Made by a program: the position numbers and the translations under genes. The notes under the pieces were generated by a model. The model searched no databases. It saw only the letters and a list, made by a program, of their open reading frames with translations, and was not told where the DNA came from. From Salisapilia sapeloensis CBS 127946 (taxonomy: Eukaryota > Protista > Oomycota), in NCBI GenBank assembly GCA_023334545.1, contig JAADVB010000192.1, positions 1 through 36,903 on the forward strand: a stretch of 36,903 nucleotides of DNA. The letters are read 5' to 3'. Below, piece by piece: positions 22,897-31,958 of the stretch (positions are counted from its first letter, which is position 1; each line of letters opens with the position of its first letter).

Positions 22897-23253
22897 GATA
22901 CAAGCGTAGTCGACGTAAGAAGGACGTGTGGCGAAGACTGCCTTCAAGACGCCAGTACTTCGGATAGAAGTCTTATGTGATTGATTTTTCCGGAACAATC
23001 CACAAGTAAGAACAATATTCCAGGACGACCCAAATGTCGCAGAATAGTCACTTTATGTATTTTTAGCTACTAGCACTCAAGTAGACGTACTCGTTCTCAT
23101 CATGTATTGTCTTCTTGCACTCTTCTCCATTCATCTTGTTGCGATACTTGTATGCTCCACCGAGAAATATGTTCCATAAAACATACAGCCTTATCTGAGT
23201 ATCGACGTGACAATCATCTTGAGACACCATCGCAGAAAGCGAACGTTGGAAGC

Positions 23254-25440
23254 ATGGACGTGCTCGATGCTGCGCTGAAGAAAGAGGCCGTGGACACGTT
23301 CTCCCGCGCAGTCTCCTCCTGCATCGACCTATGTTCTAGTAGCAAACAGAGTCGGTCGGCGATTCTCGCCATCGACACGTCGCTCTCTGTCATCTTCGAG
23401 CTCCTCGCCACTGGGGAAGGCGGCCCCAAGTTCTATGACCAGCTACGCATATCGCAGCTCATCTCACTGCCTACGTACACCATGGACGCGTACAAGCTGC
23501 GTCGTCAAGTGGACGGTGCGCTCGCCTCCCACTCGGACCATCCGCTCGTGATCTTCGTCGTCCCGCCTCGACCGACGCTCGCCAAACTCATCGCAGACGT
23601 AGTACGCGGTCCGTCTGGACATATATCCCACCCGACATCCTCCCCATTGCACTCTTCCCAAAGCACGGACGGGAAATACGCTTTACTATGGCTGCCACCA
23701 TCTACTTCCGAGTGCTCGTTAGAGATGGAACGACAGGGAGTGGAAGGCATCGTAACGCAAATGGACTTGGACCTCGGTCTCTTACCGATAGACAAGCGCG
23801 TCTCCTCTCTCTGTAACAACGCTGCATTCGCAGAGCTCTACGTCCAACGCACGGATCGAGTGCTAACGACCGTGACGAAGAGTATTTTAGCGATAGAAAA
23901 GCATACGGGGATGCAGATCCCGAACGTGATCTCCCACGGCCCGTACTCGATGCGAGTGAAGCGTATGTTGGAGCTGTCTCGACAGGCGAGTCGGAACAGC
24001 CAGTCGAGGGAGAGCGTGACGCAGGTGGATCCTTTGAACGCCAACTTACAGCTTGGAGACGCATCCTCTGGAGCCATCCAGACAGTCGTCATGGTCGACA
24101 GGCTACAAGATCCTCTCTCCATCCTCCTCCACCCGATGACGTATGAAGGTCTTTTAGACGCACTCATCGGCCTCGACCACGGTGTCGTCACGTACGACAA
24201 ACCAGATAGCGGTACAGACACGGACAGCTCAGACAGTCAAGGACGGATGAAGAAGGAAGACCTCTCCTCTTCTTCTACGAACGCTAGTAGCACGAGTGTA
24301 ACGAAACAAAAGGCAGTGCTCAACGACAGCGATGAGCTCTATCGTAGCATTCGAGACATCAACTTTAATCTCTTGATCTCCCAGGAACTCGTCAACAGCG
24401 CTCGTTCGCTCGTGAGTGCCGTTCGATCTGGAGAGAGTGCTGCAACAATCGAAGAGATCCGAGACTTGCTCACCCAAGTGCCGAGTCTAGTGCAGAAGAA
24501 AAAGTCATTAGCACATCATGTGGCATTAGTAGAAAAGATTCGAGACGCGAGTATGCAGCAGTCGTTACGTGGGTGCATCGAGACGGAGATGCTGATCATG
24601 AGCATGGGACGACACAAGACGACGCCCGAAGCTAAGGAAGTCGAGACGTTCCTCGAAGAAGCTGTGCTACGGGAACCTCCTTTAAAGCTATACGAAGTCG
24701 TGCCACTCCTATGCGTCTGGTCGCTCGTGACAGGAGGTCTCAAGCCAAAGAAGCTCCAGTGGTTCCGGCAGCAGCTATGCCACACGTACGGCCATAAAGT
24801 CCTTCCTCTACTAGTACAGCTGCAAAAGCTCGAGCTACTGTCATCCAAGCATGATTTTAACTTCCATCAGCAGCGAAAGGCACTGACGTTGATGCCTGGT
24901 CTGCTGGAAGATGAGCAGACGAAGGAGCCGGGAGATATCCACTTTATGTTCCCGTACACTGGCTACGCACCCATGAGCGTCCGTCTAGTACAGAATTCTG
25001 TCGGGATGAAGATCAAGTCTAGTGCATTTAGCAGTGGATCCGGCAAGGACAAGGACAGGGAGAAGGACAAGGACAAGGAGAGAGAGAAGGAAAAAGAAAA
25101 GGAGGGGAGGAAGTCGTCTGGACCGTTGGGACTGACGAGACAGTTCTCGGCGTCGTCTCTCAAGCCAGAGTCGTGGATGCACCGACGCCGACCGAGTGAC
25201 GGAGGTCCAATTTCCAGCAACAGCTATGGAGACAAGCGTCGGTCCATGCCGGTGATTGGAGGCATGCGTCGGAGCATGGCACCAGCAGAGAAGATGAATG
25301 TGCTGGTCTACTACGTAGGTGGTGTGACAGCGGCGGAACTAGCTGCGTTCCGGTACTTGAACAAGAGCCAGTCGCAGATCACATTCCTCGTGGCCACGAC
25401 GTCCGTGTGCACCGGTCGGAAGCTTTTGGAGTCGATCTAA
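23254..25440 (+). CDS. VPS33: Sec1/Munc18-family protein, divergent Vps33-like, about 728 aa
   Basis: Likely start MDVLDAAL (23254). Motifs VDRLQDPLSILLHPMTYEGLLD, YTGYAPMSVRLVQ and VYYVGGVTAAELAAFRYL match the Vps33 subfamily. Intronless. Confidence 0.8.
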   Translation: MDVLDAALKKEAVDTFSRAVSSCIDLCSSSKQSRSAILAIDTSLSVIFELLATGEGGPKFYDQLRISQLISLPTYTMDAYKLRRQVDGALASHSDHPLVIFVVPPRPTLAKLIADVVRGPSGHISHPTSSPLHSSQSTDGKYALLWLPPSTSECSLEMERQGVEGIVTQMDLDLGLLPIDKRVSSLCNNAAFAELYVQRTDRVLTTVTKSILAIEKHTGMQIPNVISHGPYSMRVKRMLELSRQASRNSQSRESVTQVDPLNANLQLGDASSGAIQTVVMVDRLQDPLSILLHPMTYEGLLDALIGLDHGVVTYDKPDSGTDTDSSDSQGRMKKEDLSSSSTNASSTSVTKQKAVLNDSDELYRSIRDINFNLLISQELVNSARSLVSAVRSGESAATIEEIRDLLTQVPSLVQKKKSLAHHVALVEKIRDASMQQSLRGCIETEMLIMSMGRHKTTPEAKEVETFLEEAVLREPPLKLYEVVPLLCVWSLVTGGLKPKKLQWFRQQLCHTYGHKVLPLLVQLQKLELLSSKHDFNFHQQRKALTLMPGLLEDEQTKEPGDIHFMFPYTGYAPMSVRLVQNSVGMKIKSSAFSSGSGKDKDREKDKDKEREKEKEKEGRKSSGPLGLTRQFSASSLKPESWMHRRRPSDGGPISSNSYGDKRRSMPVIGGMRRSMAPAEKMNVLVYYVGGVTAAELAAFRYLNKSQSQITFLVATTSVCTGRKLLESI
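25045..25104 (+). repeat. Coding purine-rich tandem repeat (AAGGAC/AAGGAG) encoding KDKDREKDKDKEREKEKEKE
   Basis: Seen directly inside the Vps33-like CDS. Confidence 0.85.
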
Positions 25441-25539
25441 CACGTGTATCGGTTGTATATTTTGGACAAAAGCCCGGATGAAAATGGCAAGTTTTGACAA
25501 GTTGTACGTTTGCTTTAACTCTTTCTCGTGCCGTGTTGA

Positions 25540-26313
25540 TTAGGAGCTTAGACCTAGCATTTCCATGACAGAGTAACGACTCCACTTAGACACGAACTCG
25601 ATGTTGACGCCGATGGAGACAGCGTTCAAAAGAGTCGCGGCGTCCTCGGCTTTCGTCCATCCGTCAGGGAATCGTTCGTCGACGAGGAACTGGCGAACGC
25701 GTTCGGTAGATACGCGCGTGCCATCGCCGAAGATCAGAGGGAGGGATGCGGCTTCAACACCGGACATGAGCTGATGCAAAACATCGAGGTTGTAGCCAGG
25801 GTTCCCAGCTTGGCACTCGTTTTCTCGGTCCAATCGATACTGCTTAAGCGACTCGATCGTTATCATACCATCCTTGTCGGCGTAAGACAGCAGCTTGTCG
25901 ACCACCGTCGTGTTGACAGTCATGGGGTCTGTTCCCAAGTAGGCATCGTCTCGGCTCAGGGAAGCGTCGTGCTCAATGATGAGCTCATGTTTGCCCAAGT
26001 CTGCAAGCGTAAGCTCCGTGGGAATGTGAGCCACAAAGACCAGGCCGTAGCTCAGCTCGACGTTGTAATGCTCCATGATGGCATCCAGGAGCATCGATTT
26101 CGTCAAACCTTTGCCATCACGCGGGATATGGCCGTAGTTGGCGAGCGCGTTCAATGCGGGGCACGGGGATCGATGGTACGTGGCAGTGTTCCCCGGGACA
26201 CCAGAGACCTCGCTACCGGATGGACGATAGAACGCATGATCATCCTCAGCCATAACAGCAGTAAGAGTGAACCATGCTACGATTAAGGGGATAAAGGAGG
26301 TAGCTCGAGACAT
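25540..26313 (-). CDS. Secreted heme-thiolate peroxidase / unspecific peroxygenase (chloroperoxidase family, short type), copy 1, 257 aa
   Basis: Signal peptide; RSPCPALNALAN (proximal Cys), EHDASL motif and distal Glu in GVEAA. Confidence 0.93.
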   Translation of the reverse strand: MSRATSFIPLIVAWFTLTAVMAEDDHAFYRPSGSEVSGVPGNTATYHRSPCPALNALANYGHIPRDGKGLTKSMLLDAIMEHYNVELSYGLVFVAHIPTELTLADLGKHELIIEHDASLSRDDAYLGTDPMTVNTTVVDKLLSYADKDGMITIESLKQYRLDRENECQAGNPGYNLDVLHQLMSGVEAASLPLIFGDGTRVSTERVRQFLVDERFPDGWTKAEDAATLLNAVSIGVNIEFVSKWSRYSVMEMLGLSS

Positions 26314-27200
26314 TGTCGATAGGGTCCTTCGGGAGCCTCAGTTCGAAAGTGGACCACCGGAGGATCGAGCAGATCAGATAGCCGTGTGTTCAAATCAGCT
26401 GGTAAAAGGATCTTGGCATCGTCAATGAGCTTCTACAGGCGCAGCTCGTATGGAAAGCATGGTCTGCTAGATCCCACCTTTACTCTGGAAAATGGGAGCC
26501 GGCAAAGTTACCAAGAGTTTATAATTGTCACTGCACTGCATATTGGCAGGAAAATTGAAACTGATACCTTTGAACTCTGATCGATAAACCTATCATATAA
26601 GAGCCTAACTACTTCTACGAGCTCGTTGATTCTAGCAAATACAAAGAACAGCGAGCTTTGCAAAGGCAAGCTCGACAGGAAAAGTTTGTATTAAACCACT
26701 CCTGAAAACAGTGGAAACCCCACTACAACCTAGAAGCAAGTTTCCAGTGGAATTTGATATGATATAGTTTTCAATCAAGCTGAGCTCGCTGTCCGTTGAG
26801 CAAGAGCTATGTATTGATCTGCCAAGCGCTTAAACCACCACCTACAAGGCTCTAGACATTGTGCAACGGTACAGCAATCAATGCCTGTCTATTTCTAATT
26901 ACCTCATCTTTTTACGCGAATTAGAAGCACTCTAGTTGCTTAGCTTAAAGTTTCAATATGATACCATGTTTTCGCTGCCATGTCCGCGTCGGTGACCTGC
27001 TTGCGCGGAAGTTTGCACAAGTGTCAAGAGCTTAAACTGCTGCATTCCAATTCGTACTAATCAATAAACTTAGAGACTCTACACGTAAGGCGCGCCGTTT
27101 TCTCCTTTTGCACCCTTAGCCTTTGATTGCATCGATAGAAAAGCATGAAAAGTTATAGTTCACAGTCTAAATACCGATGTTTCCATAAATTTAATTTTAA

Positions 27201-27217
27201 TTTATATATTATATAAA
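27201..27217. promoter_or_regulatory. Symmetric TATA element upstream of tRNA-Asp
   Basis: TTTATATA-T-TATATAAA inverted repeat at about -34 to -18 from the tRNA 5' end. Confidence 0.5.
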
Positions 27218-27234
27218 GTAGTGCTCAGACATAA

Positions 27235-27306
27235 TCCTCGATAGTATAGTGGCTAGTATACCCGCCTGTCACGCGGGTGACCCGGGTTCAATTCCCGGTC
27301 GGGGAG
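27235..27306 (+). tRNA. tRNA-Asp (GTC), 72 nt, intronless
   Basis: Acceptor stem TCCTCGA/TCGGGGA, D arm with TAGTATAGTGG (A box), anticodon arm CCCGC-CT-GTC-AC-GCGGG, T arm CCGGGTTCAATTCCCGG (B box), no encoded CCA. Confidence 0.98.
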
Positions 27307-27320
27307 TTCTTTTTATTTTT
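27307..27320 (+). terminator. RNA polymerase III oligo-T terminator
   Basis: TTCTTTTTATTTTT immediately after the tRNA. Confidence 0.8.
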
Positions 27321-27774
27321 GTCGACTGTACCCGAAGTAAGCATCAATCAAATTGAATGCGATTTTTACACTTTACGTAAAGGATGTAGATGTTGCAGCG
27401 ATAAGAGCGAGGAAAATATTTGAACGTCGCATCGCCCGATAGTGGATAAAAAAAGACTTTCGACCCAAACTTCAGTCGACGAGAATAGAGCGTATGTGAA
27501 GAGAGTAGTCGTCAATTTCAAATTAGCATCTGCATCTCCAACCCAACAAAATTCTATATGGATTCTTGGCTCTCTTTTGGACAGTCCATCGGGCGGCATG
27601 TATTGAATGGAGCAGCAGAGTGCTTACCAGAAACATAATGATGCCCATGTTGTAGTTGTCTTGAAGTGCTATCGACAATAAAAAGATCACGCTTCTTGTC
27701 AGGTTTCCAATAGCACAAAATGGATAAATTGACAGCTTCCAATGCAGTATATTTGACTTTATCTAAGAATTGTT

Positions 27775-28533
27775 CTAGTCAAAAGCATGCGAGAGCAGAG
27801 CTTGTTCAATTGCCGAGAAATCCTCGATGAAGAAGGCCATCTTCTGAACATCAGCCAAGGTGACAGGGTTTTTCAGGTCAAAGAAGCCCTCCGGTAGTCG
27901 TTCTTCGCTCAAGAACGTGTGGACGTTGTCAGCATTAACCGGTTCACCTCCACCGAACACAAGTTCCATGGCGGCAGCTTCCATACCTGCGAGGAGACGG
28001 AACTTGAGACTCATTCCAAATTCTGGGTTCTGCTCCTTGCACTGGGCTTCGCGGTCCAGGCGGTATGATTTCAATTCTTCCTTGGTCAACGTGTTGTCCT
28101 CCGTTTTGTACGAAATGAGGGTATCGACGAGAGTCGCGTTCACGTCCATCGGGTTTTCACCCCAGTACGAGTCCGTGTGAACCAGCGAAGCGTCGTGTTC
28201 CGCCACAACCTCATGACGGCTCAGGTAGCTCAAGTCGAAGTGGTCCGGAACAGTACCAACGAGTGTGTTAGCAAAGGTCTCGTCGCATCGGTAGACATCC
28301 ACGATGGCCTTCTTCAAGATGGCAGGCGTTAGCTCCTTGCCATCGCGAGGAATGTATCCGTGGTTGGCAAGGGTGTTGAGAGCAGGGCACGGTGATCGGT
28401 GGTACTTGGCATTGTTACCAGGGACTCCCGAAGCTTCCGGGAATGACGGACGGAAATAGTCGTTGTCCTCGGCTTGGGCACCGACAGCGAAGGCAGCAAC
28501 CACAGCAATGACAGCGGACGCGAAACGAACCAT
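27775..28533 (-). CDS. Secreted heme-thiolate peroxidase / unspecific peroxygenase, copy 2, 252 aa
   Basis: Signal peptide MVRFASAVIAVVAAFAVGAQA; RSPCPALNTLANHGYIPRDG, EHDASL and GMEAA motifs. Clear paralog of 25540-26313. Confidence 0.94.
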   Translation of the reverse strand: MVRFASAVIAVVAAFAVGAQAEDNDYFRPSFPEASGVPGNNAKYHRSPCPALNTLANHGYIPRDGKELTPAILKKAIVDVYRCDETFANTLVGTVPDHFDLSYLSRHEVVAEHDASLVHTDSYWGENPMDVNATLVDTLISYKTEDNTLTKEELKSYRLDREAQCKEQNPEFGMSLKFRLLAGMEAAAMELVFGGGEPVNADNVHTFLSEERLPEGFFDLKNPVTLADVQKMAFFIEDFSAIEQALLSHAFD

Positions 28534-30066
28534 GTTTAGAATAGACTTTAGCTTGAGCTCGAAGATGTAGAAATGAAAACGATGAGGACCACCGGGATGC
28601 TGAGGGAAAGATACGGATTGTCATGCTGCATTGTAGGAACGTACTGTTTACTAGGCACAGCTGCAACCTCGTTACTACAGCTTTGTCTGATATGTTTCCC
28701 TCGATATCGGTTACCCAGAGGAGCTACTTCTTTCTACTGGCAGTCTACTGACAGAAGTTCAATTTGCTTTTGCATGTGCATCCAGAAGTAGAGAAGAATA
28801 TCTTTCCTATTAATGCTGAGCATGACTTGAGGGTTATAAGGACAGAAAGTGTCCACAGAGTGCTACTTGGTTAGTCGATGAGTGGGTTTATCAGATACGA
28901 TTTGAAGAGCAGAAAGGGCTTTCAGTGATGCATTAATAGGAGGGAGTAATCGATGTTAACATGATGCATAATGCCTATCCGATGGATAGAGCGGTTTCAT
29001 CTTCTGGCTAGTCATGCAAGATCTTGGATCCTACCAGATAAGTTTGAGCTCAACTAGATGGAGTCTTGTGGTTTCTGATAGACTCAGGTTCAAGTCGAGC
29101 CACGTCTTCGTCAAGATGAAGGGAGGTTGAAGCATAGACTGGTTGTTGACAGAGGCATTAGCTTCCACGATGCTGATACTGCGAACGACGTGAGCATCTC
29201 GCGCACAACTGATTTATTGCAGGCACTTTGACAAGGCATGCGAGTGGTTTGACGCGGTCTCGTTTAAGTACATGTCGCTTAGTATGAACAAGAGACCGCA
29301 TCTTTCAATAGCCAGATAAAGACACGAGTAGAAATAAGTGTAGGCTTCGAGACGGGAACAGACACAAGCATTGCAAATAGATCGGCCAAGTTGACACGTA
29401 TATGACACAATACGTTGCATCGTTGCCCACATTTTTAGTTCGTTAGAAGGATTGTACTCAGACGTAAGTGGCGTGCTTGGTGTTGTCCATTGAGACCACT
29501 TGCATTTGAAATCCGTATCGGTGCCAAACGTAAAGAGTTGCCATGCAGAGATATTTTACGCCACTAATTCGACCAGCAACTTAGAGTATAGCCACGAGTG
29601 ACGAAAGGATGCATAAAGCAAAACAATTAGCTAGCATACTGTGGGGACGAAAAAGCTCTGCCCACAGCTGCCGTGTTTGCGAACGGTATCTACATCGTGA
29701 CCTCGTTGCGTAATCAGCCAGACTTCACATGGAAACATGGGTATCTCTTAACGAAGTTTCCGTGTATCTCAGCAGGAAGCTCATACTCATTCTTTTGCAC
29801 TTTTTGATATGAGTACTCGACTGCTTCGTAGTTGTAACTGTAGATGATCAGACTAGAACTCTATTTAGAAGCAAGTCTTCACGTCACACGAACAGTCCGC
29901 TTCGTGTAGATGGAGGCAACTCATACGACCGACTAAAAACAAAGGACCTCCACATGCTTAGCTGATAACGGCATGAAGCAACTCCACTCAGCACGAATAT
30001 ATTCGCTTACTGAACACTTATCTTCAACACGGATTTATGTCAAATGCAAGATTTGTTACGCTTAGC

Positions 30067-31842
30067 CTACAGGTCCTTATCCTGGTACTGTAGATTCCGT
30101 CCTCCTCGAGTCTTCTTCCCACTTTCTTCAATGCCCGACGCTTCCGCTAGCTCTGATAAGAAGCTAGAAGAGTTCAGCACGGATGAGCCTCCTAGCAATA
30201 CACGCTGACCGTTGGCACTAACCTTAGCATTCAGCTCCGCTACCTTCATCGCCTCTTCGAATGTCACACCACCACAGACAAAAACAATGACATCCTGCAC
30301 CTTTTTAGCACCTGGCGATGCATTTCCATTCACGATCCCAAACTCCGTGTCCAATAGCTGCCCCTTTAGCACTGACTCGAGCGTCCGAATGAGCGGAGGT
30401 ACGTGCTGCGCGTAGACGTTCGGCACGCCTTGAAGTCCTTGGGTAACATGCCGCATAAACTTTTTCAGTCCACGATCACCGAACAAGTCTCCACTGCGGA
30501 CGCTCGCACCAGCATACTCGAGTACGGCGTCAATGAGCTGAATACGACTGGGCGAGAGGCCTCCAGGTGATTTTAGCAAGTCTTTTACAGTCTTGAGCTG
30601 GACCGAAGCATGCGTTTCGTATCGCAAGGCGTAGAGCATAGCTAGTCGGAGCTTATTCTGAGGCTGGATGTTGGCATTTTTAATCTTCTCGATTAGTTCC
30701 TTCAGATGGGCGTTGTGGTCATCGCCACAAGACATTTCTTGTTCCAACTGACTCACATCCATAAGTTGATCTACCTCCACTCGCCTCGCTAGTTCACTCA
30801 TGAGCGTCACGTGCTTGGAGACGGCGACGGATTGAGATCGGATCGCAGGGTAGTTGTCCAATAGCCTTTGCATGTCTTCCACTGACTGGATGTTCTCCTG
30901 ATTATGAGATGCCTGCTGCCTCTGATACTCATCAACGAGTGCTTTGACAGCTAATCCGAGGTCGCCAAAGTTGGCGTGCATGTGCTTTTTGAAAAAATCA
31001 TCTGAAGTCACGGAGAGCACGATCTCTGTCATGTCTTTTCGAATGCCTGGCACTTGTGACAGGTCGACACGGTTATCTTCAAGACCGAGGAGTTCATGGA
31101 CCATTGCCTGGTAGCACCATTGGGTGAGTAAAGGTGTGACAGGGTCATTTTTTCGGTCGAGAACGTAGAGAAGAGGGGGCGTCTCTGGTCGACGAAAGTC
31201 GAATAAACCGTCTTGCTCGAGTTGCATCCTCGCAGACACTTCTCTCGCCACTTTCTCTGCGGTATTTGGCGTTCCTTTCTGATACCGAATGACAGGTCGT
31301 TTCTTCATCGACAGTAAGATGGACAGCAAGCCATCGACGTTACGTTCTAAAGTACCTGCATCGCTCTGTTTTGCATTCGGTAAGGAGAGAGAGAGACTTT
31401 GAGCAAGTCGAAAGTGAAAGAGAGAGTCTGTCACGGCTAAATAGTCTGCATAATGCTCTTGGATCTGTACGACGACCTCATTCTCGTCGGCCTCTGCAAG
31501 ACGTTCGAGATCCTCGACGGCCAAGATGTTGGAGAAGAAGATGTGGTAGTGTGCATACCGAGGCTTCTTTAGTTCCTTGACTAGTTTATCAATATTGCTT
31601 CGACTAGGGCGGACAAAGACTGCTGCATTCAGATGCGGCATCGGTTCATCCGACGCCGGTTTCTCCAGTCTCTCCACGAGGTACACTTGTCGCTCCAAAA
31701 TGTGGCTCTGGGACATGACCATGCTGACGATACGCGTGGTGCTATCATCCAGCACAAACGCTTTCATACCTTCTAGCTGCGGGTCTTGAATGATCCGCTC
31801 CACATACTGCTTCACGCCTGCGAGTGCATCGAGCTCCCTCAT
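30067..31842 (-). CDS. VPS45: Sec1-family vacuolar protein sorting protein Vps45, 591 aa
   Basis: Likely start MRELDALAGVKQY (ATG 31842). MKAFVLDDSTTRIVSMVMSQSHILERQVYL, DRKNDPVTPLLTQWCYQAMVHEL, NFGDLG and FVCGGVTFEEA are diagnostic of Vps45. The longer ORF-track start at 32388 overlaps the neighbouring gene. Confidence 0.95.
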   Translation of the reverse strand: MRELDALAGVKQYVERIIQDPQLEGMKAFVLDDSTTRIVSMVMSQSHILERQVYLVERLEKPASDEPMPHLNAAVFVRPSRSNIDKLVKELKKPRYAHYHIFFSNILAVEDLERLAEADENEVVVQIQEHYADYLAVTDSLFHFRLAQSLSLSLPNAKQSDAGTLERNVDGLLSILLSMKKRPVIRYQKGTPNTAEKVAREVSARMQLEQDGLFDFRRPETPPLLYVLDRKNDPVTPLLTQWCYQAMVHELLGLEDNRVDLSQVPGIRKDMTEIVLSVTSDDFFKKHMHANFGDLGLAVKALVDEYQRQQASHNQENIQSVEDMQRLLDNYPAIRSQSVAVSKHVTLMSELARRVEVDQLMDVSQLEQEMSCGDDHNAHLKELIEKIKNANIQPQNKLRLAMLYALRYETHASVQLKTVKDLLKSPGGLSPSRIQLIDAVLEYAGASVRSGDLFGDRGLKKFMRHVTQGLQGVPNVYAQHVPPLIRTLESVLKGQLLDTEFGIVNGNASPGAKKVQDVIVFVCGGVTFEEAMKVAELNAKVSANGQRVLLGGSSVLNSSSFLSELAEASGIEESGKKTRGGRNLQYQDKDL

Positions 31843-31958
31843 CCTTATTCCTATTGCGTTCCGAGTTGGGTGTAGACGTTTTATAGCTAAAAGCGTTGTT
31901 TTAAATGAAAACGAATATACAATATATAAATGTTCATGCATTTTGAAATGAATATGTA

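Noticed and set aside
23107-23253. Longer N-termini given by the ORF track for Vps33 (23107), the flavoprotein (10464), DUF4833 (22998), Angel (7310) and RPN2 (14639)
   Set aside because: They use non-ATG or upstream starts, or read through intron sequence. Homologous sequence begins at the downstream ATG or in upstream exons.
27235-27306. tRNA as a prophage or integrative-element attachment site
   Set aside because: The context is eukaryotic, there is no integrase, and I found no duplicated tRNA 3' fragment in the window.
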